64,000 bases of DNA from Trueperaceae bacterium (GTDB lineage: Bacteria > Deinococcota > Deinococci > Deinococcales > Trueperaceae). Under the pieces are notes generated by a model. The model did no database searches. It had not been told where the DNA came from and was given only the letters and a program-made list of their open reading frames with translations. The position numbers were made by a program, and so were the translations under genes. Of the stretch, positions 1 to 10,318 are shown one piece after another; position 1 is the first letter of the stretch; each line of letters starts with the position of its first letter. The stretch spans positions 2,048,001-2,112,000 of the forward strand of contig OZ243956.1 in assembly GCA_965214405.1 (NCBI GenBank), read 5' to 3'.

Positions 1-865
1 TCATCACCATGACGCCGGGGCCGGTCGCGCGCACGGCGGGCGCGGTCACGTGCGCGTCCACGTTGGCGACCGCCACCGCTATACCTTCTTCTAAACCCGT
101 CGCCTCGGCCCAGCTTTGGGTAAGGCCCCCGGCCTTTTCCCCAAGCTGCACAAACTCGCGGCTCATCTTTTCATCCACGATGTTGGCGAAGTCGGGGTGG
201 AGCGCCGCGAAAAAGTCGTTTGACGGGAACTCGCCACCCTGCACCAGCGCCTTGTACCCGGCGGTGCAGGCGTTTCTCGTTTCGACCCCGGTGAGTTGCC
301 ACACGGTCCAGTCGGCAGCCTCGAGTATCCTCTCGGCAGCCCTGTACACCTCGGGCGCGTCTTCTAAAATTTGCAGCGCCTTGGAAAAAAACCACTCCGA
401 AGAATACTTGCCGCCGTAGCGGGCCAGCCAGGGCTCATTGCGCGCTCGAGCCGTCTCGTTAATCTTGTCCGCCTGCGGCTGCGCGGCGTGGTGTTTCCAG
501 AGCTTGACCCAGGCGTGCGGGTGGTCTTGCCACTCGTCCAGCGCCATAAGCGGCGTGCCGTCCTTTAGGGTCGGCAGGATGGTGCAGCTTGTAAAGTCGA
601 TACCCAGACCGATAATTTCCTCCGGACTAACGCCGCTCTTCTCTAGCACCGCCGGGACGGTCTGACGGATGGTCTCGAGATAGTCCAGCGGGTTTTGCAG
701 CGCCCATTCGGGCGGCAGCCGTTTACCAGAGGTGGGCAGCGCGCTGTCGATAACCCCGTGCGGATAGCTAAAGACCGCCGTGGCGACCTCGCGCCCGTCG
801 GCGGTGTCGACCAGCAGCGCGCGCCCCGAGAGCGTGCCGAAGTCGATTCCGATGGTATATGGCAT
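1..865 (-). CDS. araB: Ribulokinase (FGGY sugar kinase), runs off the left edge of the window
   Basis: Manual translation from the ATG at 865 gives MPYTIGIDFGTLSGRALLVD...WALQNPLDYLE...IIGLGIDFTSCTILP, typical of AraB. GAAAGGAG RBS upstream. Confidence 0.88.
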   Translation of the reverse strand, partial: MPYTIGIDFGTLSGRALLVDTADGREVATAVFSYPHGVIDSALPTSGKRLPPEWALQNPLDYLETIRQTVPAVLEKSGVSPEEIIGLGIDFTSCTILPTLKDGTPLMALDEWQDHPHAWVKLWKHHAAQPQADKINETARARNEPWLARYGGKYSSEWFFSKALQILEDAPEVYRAAERILEAADWTVWQLTGVETRNACTAGYKALVQGGEFPSNDFFAALHPDFANIVDEKMSREFVQLGEKAGGLTQSWAEATGLEEGIAVAVANVDAHVTAPAVRATGPGVMVM

Positions 866-1083
866 AATTCTCTCCTTTCGTTGAATGCTTGGGAGGTTCA
901 CAGAGCGTTACTCGTTCGTTTTTAATCTAACCCCTCACCACTACCCACTCACCCCTCTCTTCACCAGGCAGGTGCTCGAGCCCACCAGCGTGGGGTGAGG
1001 AGGGTGCCAAGCACTTTTTCTCACGTAAGATTTTTCCACCATGCAGATTCATGTTACTTTGAATTTAGCGTAAGGAGTGAACA

Positions 1084-2073
1084 ATGACGATTCGTTGGGG
1101 CATTATCGGTGTCGGCGACGTGACCGAAAAAAAGAGCGGTCCCGGCTTTCAAAAAGCTGAGCGTTCAGCCCTCGTCGCGGTGATGCGGCGCAGCGGTGAC
1201 AAGGCCGCCGATTACGCGAAGCGGCACGGCGTGCCCAAGTGGTTCGATGACGCAGACGCGCTCATTCATGACCCCGAGGTCGACGCGGTCTACATCGCGA
1301 CCCCGCCCGACTCGCACCGCGACTACACGCTCCGCGTCGCCGCGGCGGGCAAGCCCGTGTACGTCGAAAAACCGATGGCGCGCACCGCCGCCGAGTGCGA
1401 GGCGATGATTGCCGCGTGTCAGGCGGCGGGGGTGCCTCTGTTTGTCGCCTACTACCGCCGCGCCATGCCCCGGTTTCTCAACATCAAGGAACTTATCGAG
1501 GGTGGCGCGATTGGCGAACCCAGGGCGGTGGAGGTGCGCTTGGAGCGCTCAGGTTCCGCCGCCGACGTCGGCGACGTTCCCTGGCGCGTGCGCCCCGAGA
1601 TGTCGGGGGGCGGCTACTTTATCGATATGGGCTCGCACACCCTGGACTTTCTCGACTGGCTGTTGGGACCTATCACCCACGTCATGGGGTCAGCCGTCAA
1701 TCAGGCGGGGCGTTATCCGGCGGAAGACCTCGTGACGGGCGCGTTTACTTTCGCGTCTGGCGTCCAGGGCGTCGGCCTGTGGTGTTTTAGCGGCGCTGAA
1801 GAGCGCGACCAGGTCGACATCATCGGCTCGAAAGGCTCCTTGCGCTTCACCTCGTTTGACGGCAGCCCGCTGCGTCTCACGACGGATGCCGGAGAAAGAA
1901 TGATTGACGCGCCCTACCCGGAGACGGTGCAACAGCCTCTTATCCAGAACGTGGTGGACGAACTTACCGGTCATGGGAGGTGCTCGAGCACGGGCGAAAG
2001 CGCCCTGCGAACCGCTAAGGTGGTTGACGCGCTGCTCGAGAGTTACCGCCAAAAGCACGGGATTCATTTCTAG
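1084..2073 (+). CDS. Gfo/Idh/MocA family oxidoreductase
   Basis: WGIIGVG Rossmann start, DAVYIATPP and VYVEKPMA motifs. Confidence 0.9.
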   Translation: MTIRWGIIGVGDVTEKKSGPGFQKAERSALVAVMRRSGDKAADYAKRHGVPKWFDDADALIHDPEVDAVYIATPPDSHRDYTLRVAAAGKPVYVEKPMARTAAECEAMIAACQAAGVPLFVAYYRRAMPRFLNIKELIEGGAIGEPRAVEVRLERSGSAADVGDVPWRVRPEMSGGGYFIDMGSHTLDFLDWLLGPITHVMGSAVNQAGRYPAEDLVTGAFTFASGVQGVGLWCFSGAEERDQVDIIGSKGSLRFTSFDGSPLRLTTDAGERMIDAPYPETVQQPLIQNVVDELTGHGRCSSTGESALRTAKVVDALLESYRQKHGIHF

Positions 2074-2093
2074 GCCGTTGGCCCGTCCACCTC

Positions 2094-2801
2094 CTAAACT
2101 CGAGAAGACGCGCGAACCTCACTCGAGGCCGAACGCGCCGCGAACAGACGTTTGTAGTGCGTTATCCACCGGCCGAGCAGCAGCCCGCCGATAAGACCGG
2201 GCAAGGCCCAGACGGTCCACTCGAGGCTTTCCGGCAAATGCGGACCCACGTTTTGCACCATGAACGCCGTGACCGCCGCCAAATAGCCGCCAGTCATCCG
2301 CTCCATGTGGTGGTACCACCACCAGTTGCGGTCTGGCGAGGGCGTGACGAAACTGCGCACATCCACCACCGCCGTCTGTGCGAGGAAATAGCCGAAGGCA
2401 ATCCCCAAGATTGAGAAGCTTACCGAGTCGCTTTGCGTAAGCCCAAGTAGGGGCAACGCGCCCCAGAGGATGAAGCCGAGACCCGCGACGAGGGCGACGC
2501 CCGCACCCGTCCAGTCGAGCCAGGTTGCCCTTTGCCCCCGCTCGGGGCGCTTGCGGTGCAGCGCGCGCGTGCCCGAAAAAACCAAATAGAAGCTCAGAAT
2601 CGAGATAATGAAGAGAAACACATTGGGTCGAAAGGCCAGCAAGGCGAGGGCACTCACAAAAATGGCGAACATCGCCCAGAAGAAAACCCACCCCCAGAGG
2701 CGGTGCGCTTTGCCGCCTTTGCGAACCGCCATCGCCACGGGCGCGACGACGAGCGCGGTTGTTCCCACCGTGATGTGGAAGATAGTAAGCAGAAGGTGCA
2801 T
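2094..2801 (-). CDS. DUF2306-like integral membrane protein
   Basis: Multiple TM segments, KGGKAHRLWG and HHMERMTGGY His motifs. Confidence 0.7.
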   Translation of the reverse strand: MHLLLTIFHITVGTTALVVAPVAMAVRKGGKAHRLWGWVFFWAMFAIFVSALALLAFRPNVFLFIISILSFYLVFSGTRALHRKRPERGQRATWLDWTGAGVALVAGLGFILWGALPLLGLTQSDSVSFSILGIAFGYFLAQTAVVDVRSFVTPSPDRNWWWYHHMERMTGGYLAAVTAFMVQNVGPHLPESLEWTVWALPGLIGGLLLGRWITHYKRLFAARSASSEVRASSRV

Positions 2802-2803
2802 GG

Positions 2804-2959
2804 TTACGCCTCCCGCTTTGCGAGTGGTCGCGCGCTAAAGCTCATGGGTGAACTTAGGTGGAAAGTGTGGACGCTCGAGCCGCGTAGCAATCCAGAGCAT
2901 AGGGTTTCAAATTGTTTGCTTAGTAGACCTTTGCAGGATGTGTCGGTATAGCGTGTCAC
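2804..2959 (-). CDS. Small hypothetical protein (51 aa) upstream of the DUF2306 gene
   Basis: GTG at 2959 preceded by AGGAGG. Stop codon lies 2 nt before the next start. Confidence 0.4.
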   Translation of the reverse strand: MTRYTDTSCKGLLSKQFETLCSGLLRGSSVHTFHLSSPMSFSARPLAKREA

Positions 2960-3084
2960 GGTAAACCTCCTGTAAGAAGCGTAGCCGCGCCGCGCCGGTT
3001 CACGCATGTGCGAGAGGTCATGCCCGTGAAGCGTGACTTTTGGCAGGGGTCAAAAGATTGGCGACGGTCTATACTTGGGTCATT

Positions 3085-4248
3085 ATGTCCGCCACGACGC
3101 CCGCAAAAAGGCAGCCTCTCCCCAGTTGGTTTTTGTCGCAGGTCGCCGGGTTTGTGACCTGGGCGGCGGTCGGCGTGCCGATGCTGTTAGAGCGTCCGCA
3201 GCACCTCATCACCGAACCCCCTGTCACGGCCGCGTTCGCGCTCTGGCTCGTCTGCTACTTTGGCTTTGGGTTTCTCTTCGCGCTCATCACCCAGCCGCGG
3301 CTCGACCCCGTCGTCCACCGCTACCACCTCTTGCCGCTCACGCTGCTGACGCTTTTTACCTTTGGCGTGATGGGCCTGGTGCCGGGTTACTGGCTGGGCG
3401 GCATCTTGCTGATTATCGTGACGAGCTACGCGCCGCACGTGCTCTCTTTTCGCGCCGCGACGCTCTGGACCCTCGGCCAGACGCTTGTGATGACGGGGCT
3501 TTTTTTATCCACAGGCGAGGCGGGCCAGGCGCTCGTCCAGGCGGCGCTGTACTTAGGGTTTCAGGTTTTCGCGCTCTTTACCACCCACGCAGCGCTCAGC
3601 GAGGCGCGGGCGCGGGCGGAACTCGCCAACGTCAACGCCGAACTCCGCGCGACTCAGGCGCTCTTGAGTGAGAGCAGCCGCGTGGCCGAGCGGGTGAGAA
3701 TCGCTCGAGACCTCCACGACCTCATCGGCCACCACCTCACCGCGCTGAGCCTCAACTTAGAGGTCGCCTCTCACGTGAGCGAGGGCAAGGCTCTGGTACA
3801 CGTGCAAAAAGCGCAGACGCTGACCAAACTCCTGCTGAGCGACGTGCGCGAAACGGTGAGCGCCATGCGCGAAGACGCTACTCTCAACTTGTCAAACGCT
3901 TTAGAAACGCTCACGTGCGACATCCCCAACCTAAAGATTCACCTGACGCTGCCCCACGACTTACGGCTGGACGACCCGCACCGCGCCCAGGCCCTTTTGC
4001 GTTGCGTGCAAGAAGTGCTGACCAATACGGTGAAACACGCGGGCGCGGCGAACCTCTGGTTGGACCTCGTCAGGACGGAAGGGGGGCTCGAGCTCCGCGC
4101 CAGAGACGACGGGCGCGGCGCGGGGAGCGTCACCGCGGGTCACGGGCTCAGTGGCATGAAAGAGCGTTTCGTCTCGTTGGGCGGCGACGTGTCGCTCACC
4201 TCCACCCCCGGCCAGGGTTTCTCGTTACGCGCCCGCTTGCCCACATGA
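3085..4248 (+). CDS. Membrane sensor histidine kinase (HisKA_3, NarX/DesK type)
   Basis: ERVRIARDLHDLIGH H-box, QEVLTNTVKHA N-box, DDGRG and GHGLSGMKER G-boxes, N-terminal TMs. Confidence 0.93.
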   Translation: MSATTPAKRQPLPSWFLSQVAGFVTWAAVGVPMLLERPQHLITEPPVTAAFALWLVCYFGFGFLFALITQPRLDPVVHRYHLLPLTLLTLFTFGVMGLVPGYWLGGILLIIVTSYAPHVLSFRAATLWTLGQTLVMTGLFLSTGEAGQALVQAALYLGFQVFALFTTHAALSEARARAELANVNAELRATQALLSESSRVAERVRIARDLHDLIGHHLTALSLNLEVASHVSEGKALVHVQKAQTLTKLLLSDVRETVSAMREDATLNLSNALETLTCDIPNLKIHLTLPHDLRLDDPHRAQALLRCVQEVLTNTVKHAGAANLWLDLVRTEGGLELRARDDGRGAGSVTAGHGLSGMKERFVSLGGDVSLTSTPGQGFSLRARLPT

Positions 4249-4901
4249 TTCGCGCCCGTATAATTCGTGTTTGCTTGATTGACGACCAGACGCTGGTGCG
4301 GCAGGGCGTCAAGAGTTTGTTGGGGCTCGCCGAGGGAATAGAGGTCGTCGCGGAAGCGTCGGACGGGGCGGAGGGTCTAGCAGTCATCGCCCGAACAGAA
4401 CCCGACGTGGTGCTTTTAGATTTGCGGATGCCCAAACTTGACGGCCTGGGTGTGTTGAAGGCCTTGCGAGACGCCGAGCACGCCCCGCCCACGCTGATTC
4501 TGACCACCTTTGATGATGACGCCCTCCTTTTAGAAGCCCTCAAACTCGGCGCCAGGGGTTATCTTCTCAAAGACGTGTCTCTAGAGCAACTCGTCAACGC
4601 CGTTCACACGCTGCACGAAGGCAAAACGCTCATCCAGCCCGCGGTGACCGAGCGCATTTTGCGCAGCCTCGGCAACCTCAAAACAGATTACTCGGGTCTC
4701 GACGCGCCCGACCCCCTGACCGTGCGCGAGCGGGAGGTGCTGCGGCTCATGGCGGGGGGCTACACGAACCGCACCATCGCCGAGGCGCTGGGCGTGTCCG
4801 AAGGCACGGTAAAAAATCACGTGTCCGCGGTGCTGTCCAAGTTCGGCGTCACCGACCGCACGCGGGCGGTGTTGAAGGGGCTCGAGCAGGGCCTGGTTTA
4901 A
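4245..4901 (+). CDS. NarL/LuxR family response regulator
   Basis: LIDDQ...VVLLDLRMP receiver and LTVREREVL...GTVKNHVS HTH. ATGA overlap with the kinase. Confidence 0.93.
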   Translation: MIRARIIRVCLIDDQTLVRQGVKSLLGLAEGIEVVAEASDGAEGLAVIARTEPDVVLLDLRMPKLDGLGVLKALRDAEHAPPTLILTTFDDDALLLEALKLGARGYLLKDVSLEQLVNAVHTLHEGKTLIQPAVTERILRSLGNLKTDYSGLDAPDPLTVREREVLRLMAGGYTNRTIAEALGVSEGTVKNHVSAVLSKFGVTDRTRAVLKGLEQGLV

Positions 4902-4967
4902 CTCCTTACATAGCAGCGCTGTTCGCGTCAGGCATAATTCCATGAACGCGCTACAATAGCTTCACCT

Positions 4968-5630
4968 ATGAGAACACCTCAAATAACCCTCCACGCCCTC
5001 CACATCGGTCGCCCCGAAACCCTTTCTGACGAAAGCGGCACCTGGCGTTCATCCATTTTCCGGGAGCGGGTAGACGGCCCCATCGCCCTGGGTGAGCGCG
5101 GTTTGGCGGGCGACAAGGTGGCCGACACCCGCAACCACGGCTCACCCGACCAGGCGGTCTGCGCGCACTCGCTGGCGCATTACGACTACTGGAACGAGCT
5201 TTACGGCCTTACGGGAGACGCAGCGCTGGGACCGGGCGGCGTCGGTGAAAACTGGACGGTTGACGGGGCGCTCGAGGCCGATCTCTGCATCGGCGACATT
5301 TTCAAAGTAGGCAGCGCGCGGGTCCAGGTGAGCGGGCCGCGCTTTCCTTGTACGAAGCAAAACCGCAAGCTGGGGTTGTCCGACCTCCAAGCGCGCACAG
5401 CGGAAACGCTGCGAACGGGCTTCTATCTGCGCGTGCTCTCACCGGGCGTGGTCGAGGCGGGAGACAGGTGGACTTTGGAGAGCCGCCCGCAGCCTGAACT
5501 GACCCTTTACGACGCCAACGCCTACGTGCATCACACGATTAACCCTGAGTTTGCAGCGCGCCTCTTGAACGCGCCTGAACTCGCGGAGGGGTGGAAGCAC
5601 ATCATCAGGCTCAAACTGAAGAAGCGGTAG
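4968..5630 (+). CDS. MOSC domain protein (YiiM-like)
   Basis: GENWT, QVSGPRFPCTK and TGFYLRVL motifs. Confidence 0.88.
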   Translation: MRTPQITLHALHIGRPETLSDESGTWRSSIFRERVDGPIALGERGLAGDKVADTRNHGSPDQAVCAHSLAHYDYWNELYGLTGDAALGPGGVGENWTVDGALEADLCIGDIFKVGSARVQVSGPRFPCTKQNRKLGLSDLQARTAETLRTGFYLRVLSPGVVEAGDRWTLESRPQPELTLYDANAYVHHTINPEFAARLLNAPELAEGWKHIIRLKLKKR

Positions 5631-5782
5631 GGAGCGAGAACCAACAAGTGAGAGTGCAGCGGTGACGGCGTCTGCTTATAAGGGCGTTTACCTCGAGCCC
5701 AAATCACAAACAAATTGTGGGGTGCGCCGACGCCGGGCGGCGCGTCCTCGCCTTAAAGTATTCATGAAACGATTGGGGGAAA

Positions 5783-6352
5783 ATGAACCTTATAGTTGGA
5801 ATTTTTACCTTACTTTTAACCCTCGGCACCCTGGCGTTCGCCCAAGACACGGGCGGCGCGTCGCCCTCGGCGGTGGCAAACAAGGTGGCGACCGCGCAAC
5901 TCATCGGTAGGGACGGCAACGTGATTGGCGACGTGAACTTTACCGAACCCGCTGAAGGTGAGAACCGCTTTGTAACCGTTCAGGTGGGGATTGAGCAAGC
6001 AACGGGCCTCGAGCCCGGCGAGTACGGCTTTCACATCCACGAGACGGGCCGCTGCGACGCGCCCGAGTTCGAAACCGCGGGGGGCCACTTCAACCCGACC
6101 GGGGCTTCTCATGGTCTGTTCAACCTCGAGGGACCTCACGCGGGCGACCTCATCAACCTCAACGTCGGCGAGGACGGTGCCGTAACTTACGTCGTGAGCA
6201 CCGAGCGCATCACCCTGACCGAAGGTGAACGCGCCATCCTCGACAGTGACGGCAGCGCGGTTATCATTCACGCCCAGGCCGACAACTACCTGACCGATCC
6301 GGGGGGCAGCAGCGGCGACCGCATCGCGTGCGGGGTGATCGAGCAGGAGTAG
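5783..6352 (+). CDS. sodC: Cu/Zn superoxide dismutase family protein, exported
   Basis: Signal peptide, GFHIHE, GGHFNP, HAGDL, IIHAQAD and RIACGVI motifs. Confidence 0.9.
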   Translation: MNLIVGIFTLLLTLGTLAFAQDTGGASPSAVANKVATAQLIGRDGNVIGDVNFTEPAEGENRFVTVQVGIEQATGLEPGEYGFHIHETGRCDAPEFETAGGHFNPTGASHGLFNLEGPHAGDLINLNVGEDGAVTYVVSTERITLTEGERAILDSDGSAVIIHAQADNYLTDPGGSSGDRIACGVIEQE

Positions 6353-6484
6353 GGGGGGCTCGAGCGGGTGAGGAGCGGGTAAAGGCTGTCTTCTGCGCCC
6401 GCTCCTCATTTGCATATGAAGTGCCAGAAGCAGGAAGTACCGGGTGAGCCACTAGACCTTTTACTTCCGTTGTAAAATTAGGAG

Positions 6485-7111
6485 ATGTCGCTTAGAGAAA
6501 ATGTGGTTGAGGAGCTTAGGCGAAGTCCACTTACGCTGACTTTAACAGTGATTGGTCTCGTGATTGCTGCGCTTGCTTCGATCCCTGCTTGGCTTCCATA
6601 CATAAGTCAAGCGTCGGCTCCAACAACAAGCTCAAGTGTTACAGCAACCCCCGATTCTCTTAATTTAAGAAATTTGTCTATTTTGATATCTTTCTTCCTT
6701 GCCTCAACTTTTTCTGCTGCGTCGTTGATTCGGCTAACCGCTCATCTTCATAGCTTTGCTGCCTTTGTCCTATCAATTCCTGCCGCTGTTCTCACAAGCT
6801 TCTTTTCACTTGTTATTCTTAATTCAGTTCCACTAAAAGCGATGAATGAGACGGAGTATGCAGCAGCCATAGATTCTGTACTCTATGGTACTGTTGCTAT
6901 CTTTGTCGCCGTAAATGGTCTTTCTGTCTTGAGGGGCTTGTTTTTAGATTCTTCTCCCAGTACCTCTAAAATGAATGAATCTAGTAGCTCGACAAATTCG
7001 GGAACCGAAGGCGTAGCTTTTTTGCTTCTTTCCCTTCTTTTACTCGTTATTTGGAGTAACTTAGTTTCAACTGGGCTTTCGAAGCTTGTCACGGCATTTC
7101 TCACTTCGTAG
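6485..7111 (+). CDS. Hypothetical multi-TM membrane protein, AT-rich
   Basis: 208-aa ORF with about 5 hydrophobic segments, AGGAG RBS, visibly lower GC than the flanks. Confidence 0.6.
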   Translation: MSLRENVVEELRRSPLTLTLTVIGLVIAALASIPAWLPYISQASAPTTSSSVTATPDSLNLRNLSILISFFLASTFSAASLIRLTAHLHSFAAFVLSIPAAVLTSFFSLVILNSVPLKAMNETEYAAAIDSVLYGTVAIFVAVNGLSVLRGLFLDSSPSTSKMNESSSSTNSGTEGVAFLLLSLLLLVIWSNLVSTGLSKLVTAFLTS

Positions 7112-7115
7112 ATTC

Positions 7116-7386
7116 AATGCTGAACGCAAGGGACAGATTTGGGTTTCTTTACAAGGGTTAGCTCGAGCCTATGCTGACGACGAAAGTTACGACCTAAGCA
7201 ACATCAAAGTCCTTAATCTTGCTTGTGACCGAGGGTGATATCGCTTTGGTTCCGTTGCCAGAAGCTGATGATCAGCTAAAAGTTCGCCCCAGTCTAGTTT
7301 TACGGTTTATTACGTTGAGTATACGGTACGCTCCAGCCATTATTTTCAAAGCCTTATCCGAGACCGACCACGCCAAGGTATTATGA
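7116..7386 (+). pseudogene. Decayed antitoxin 3' end plus truncated PemK/MazF-like toxin
   Basis: One frame reads ...LQGLARAYADDESYDLSNIKVLNLACDRG* (stop 7238) and overlaps GTG 7225 MTEGDIALVPLPEADDQLKVRPSLVL..., a PemK-like GD..LVP.P....K.RP.LVL start. The toxin ORF is only 53 aa. Confidence 0.55.
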
Positions 7387-7426
7387 CAAGGTATTTTGCA
7401 GTCCCCTCGGTCTCGAGAGATGGAGA

Positions 7427-8098
7427 ATGATGAAGAAAACCTACCGCATCAGCATCTGGTCAGTCGTCGTCCTGGCGTTGTTAGTAGGCGGACTCTCCCT
7501 TTTCGCGCTCTACTCCTGGAGCCGCGTAGCGCAGATCAACGAGGCGAGCACGGAGATCGAGCGCAACTGGCTGCCCAGCACGCAACTCCTCGGGCAAATG
7601 GAGGCGGACATGCTCTCCTACCGAGTGGCCGCCATGCAGCACGTGCTCTCCTTGAGAGACGAAGATATGCGGCGCTACGAAGAAGAGATGGCCTCGGCGC
7701 TCGCTTCGCTAAACGAGGCGCAACGGCGTTACGAACCGCTCATCGTTTCTGAAGAGGAACGGAACTTGTACGGGGCCTTTGGAAGCGCCTGGGCGTCGCA
7801 TCTCGAGGAGAGTCGGGCCGCCCTCGAGCTGTCGAGAGAAAACCGAAATGAGGAGGCTATCACGGTGCTCCGGCAGAGGTCGCAGCCGCTGTTCGATGAG
7901 GCAAGGGGGCAGTTGGGAGACCTCACCACGCTGAACGTCGAGACGGCCACGTCAATCTCGCGTGAGGGAGACGACATCCTTGGGGAGTTCCAGCTTGCCC
8001 TCGTTATCGCATTAGTTTTGGGCGGGGTTCTTCTCTTGCTCGTTTTCGCCGACCTGTTCAGTGACGCCCGAAAGTCAGGCGCGGGTCGTCTGCCCTGA
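7427..8098 (+). CDS. Membrane protein with an MCP-type four-helix-bundle sensory domain and no cytoplasmic signalling domain
   Basis: TM - INEASTEIERNWLPS...YEPLIVSEEERNLY - TM, followed by a tail of about 15 aa. Confidence 0.7.
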   Translation: MMKKTYRISIWSVVVLALLVGGLSLFALYSWSRVAQINEASTEIERNWLPSTQLLGQMEADMLSYRVAAMQHVLSLRDEDMRRYEEEMASALASLNEAQRRYEPLIVSEEERNLYGAFGSAWASHLEESRAALELSRENRNEEAITVLRQRSQPLFDEARGQLGDLTTLNVETATSISREGDDILGEFQLALVIALVLGGVLLLLVFADLFSDARKSGAGRLP

Positions 8099-8205
8099 GC
8101 GAGCCCCCGCCCCACCATGCTAAAATTCCTTTACTGTCACGGCTTTAATTGTACAAAGTCGCTAATTTTTCACCGGCCCACGTCAGTGGTTTTTTAGGAA
8201 CTAAT

Positions 8206-9543
8206 ATGAGAGCGCACGTCTTAACTTACGGCTGTCAGATGAACGAATACGACACCCACACGATCCAGTCTGAACTCGCGTCGGGCGGGCACCAGATTGT
8301 CGACTCGCCCGCCGACGCCAACTTGATTCTGCTCAACACCTGCGCGGTGCGCGGTAAACCTGTGGAAAAGGTCGTCACGCTGTTGGGCGAACTCCGCAAG
8401 GAGAAACGGGCGGGGCGCGAGCTCACGGTGGGGCTGATGGGCTGTTTGGCGCAGCTCGAGGAGGGCCAGGACATCGCCAAAAAGTTTGAGGTCGATATCC
8501 TCATTGGCCCCGGCGCAATCACCGACATCCTGCCCGCCGTCGAGGCGGTGGCGCGGGAGGGGGAGGCGTTTGAGAGTTTGGCGTTCAAAGACGACTTGGC
8601 AGACTATATCACCCCGGCCCCGGACGCGCTCACGGGCTTTTTGACCATCATGCGGGGCTGCAACCACCACTGCACCTACTGCATCGTGCCGCAGACGCGC
8701 GGGCCGGAGGTCTCGAGGCCGCCCAAAGCCATTATGGAAGAAGCCCACGCAATGAGGGCGCGGGGCGTCCAGGAAATTTATCTGCTGGGGCAAAACGTCA
8801 ACTCTTACGGCCTCAACATGCCAGGTCTGCCGTCTTTTGCCGAACTCTTGCGTATGGTCGCGGCGACGGGCATCCCCAGGGTGAAATTCACCACCTCGCA
8901 TCCGATGAACTTTACGTCCGACATTGTTGACGCGATTGCTGAGACTGAAAATATCTGCTCGTACGTTCACCTGCCCGTGCAGTCGGGCTCGGACCGGGTG
9001 CTTAGGCGGATGGCTCGAGAATACAAGCGCGAGCGCTACTTAGACATCGTCCGCGAAATTCGGGCGAAAATTCCCGACGTGGTCTTGTCAACCGACATCA
9101 TCGTGGGTTTTCCCGGCGAGACCGAAGAAGACTTCGAGGCGACACTGGCGCTTTACGAGGAAGTCCGTTACGACCAGGCTTACATGTTTATGTACTCCGC
9201 GCGCCCCGGCACGCCGTCATACAAGCATTTTGACGATTTGCCTCGAGAGATCAAGAGCGAACGCATGGGGCGGCTTATCGAGCGTCAAAAGCATTGGGCT
9301 TATACCCAGAATCAGCGCTGGGTGGGGCGCGAGCTGCGCGTGCTCATCAAAGAGATTGCCTCGCACGATGGCGACTTTGTGGTGGGTCACTCCGACCAAA
9401 ACCACACCGTGTTGGTGCCCAAGGTGCAAATAGACGGGATGGGACTCTATACAGTGCGGATTGACACGGCCACGCCGCACACGCTCTACGGTACGGCGGC
9501 AGGTTGTAAAACCGAAACTGTTCCGCTGATGATGGCTTTGTAA
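8206..9543 (+). CDS. miaB: tRNA methylthiotransferase MiaB
   Basis: [16 protein letters not shown], radical [13 protein letters not shown]-terminal TRAM domain. Confidence 0.95.
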   Translation: MRAHVLTYGCQMNEYDTHTIQSELASGGHQIVDSPADANLILLNTCAVRGKPVEKVVTLLGELRKEKRAGRELTVGLMGCLAQLEEGQDIAKKFEVDILIGPGAITDILPAVEAVAREGEAFESLAFKDDLADYITPAPDALTGFLTIMRGCNHHCTYCIVPQTRGPEVSRPPKAIMEEAHAMRARGVQEIYLLGQNVNSYGLNMPGLPSFAELLRMVAATGIPRVKFTTSHPMNFTSDIVDAIAETENICSYVHLPVQSGSDRVLRRMAREYKRERYLDIVREIRAKIPDVVLSTDIIVGFPGETEEDFEATLALYEEVRYDQAYMFMYSARPGTPSYKHFDDLPREIKSERMGRLIERQKHWAYTQNQRWVGRELRVLIKEIASHDGDFVVGHSDQNHTVLVPKVQIDGMGLYTVRIDTATPHTLYGTAAGCKTETVPLMMAL

Positions 9544-9552
9544 GACAACCTC

Positions 9553-9954
9553 GTGAATGGCGAACGAAACGAAATGGTGAGCAGCGCGAACATCGTGCGG
9601 ACGTTTTGGCAGGTCATGCAAACCAACGACTTTGAAGCCGCGAGCGCCCTCTTAGCCGAAAACTATGAACTCCACTGGCCTCAGTCGTCCGAGCGGATTT
9701 TGGGGCGGGCCAATTTCGTCGCCGTTAACAAGCACTATCCGGCTAACGGCCCCTGGCGGTTCACGGTTGACAGACTCCTCGCCGACGGCGACGAGGTTGT
9801 TACGGATGTTAGCGTGACGGACGGGGTGGTGGAGGCCAGAGCTGTCACCTTCTCGACGGTCAAGGACGGGCTGATTGTGCGGCAGCTCGAGTATTGGCCC
9901 GACGCGTTCGAGCCACCCGCGTGGAGACGTGAATGGGTTGAGCAGGATGGCTAA
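9553..9954 (+). CDS. SnoaL/NTF2-like protein
   Basis: WPQSSERILG...EYWPD pattern. Confidence 0.75.
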   Translation: MNGERNEMVSSANIVRTFWQVMQTNDFEAASALLAENYELHWPQSSERILGRANFVAVNKHYPANGPWRFTVDRLLADGDEVVTDVSVTDGVVEARAVTFSTVKDGLIVRQLEYWPDAFEPPAWRREWVEQDG

Positions 9955-10318
9955 TGAAGGACTCTTGAGCGTCTCACTCACACTCGCCAAGCAATTTCTA
10001 GGGTGCGAAGTTGAGGTCGTGATGGACCGGCCTTTGGGCTCGAAGCATCCCAGATGGGATTTCATTTATGAAGTCAACTACGGCTACGTTCCGGGCACCC
10101 TTGCACCCGACGGGGAGGCACTTGACGCTTACTTTCTAGGCGCGGATGAGCCGGTAGTGCGGGCCAGAGGAGTCTGCATCGCCATCATCCACAGGCGCAA
10201 CGACGATGACGACAAACTTGTCGTTGTGCCCGCGGGCGTGACGCTCTCGGACGAAGAGATTCGGCAACAGGTGAGTTTTCAGGAACACTATTTCGATGCG
10301 GTACTCCTGCGGAAATGA
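9947..10318 (+). CDS. Inorganic pyrophosphatase-like protein (short family I-like)
   Basis: DRPLGSKHP, YEVNYGYVPGT, DGEALDAY and DDDKLVV motifs. Confidence 0.8.
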   Translation: MANEGLLSVSLTLAKQFLGCEVEVVMDRPLGSKHPRWDFIYEVNYGYVPGTLAPDGEALDAYFLGADEPVVRARGVCIAIIHRRNDDDDKLVVVPAGVTLSDEEIRQQVSFQEHYFDAVLLRK

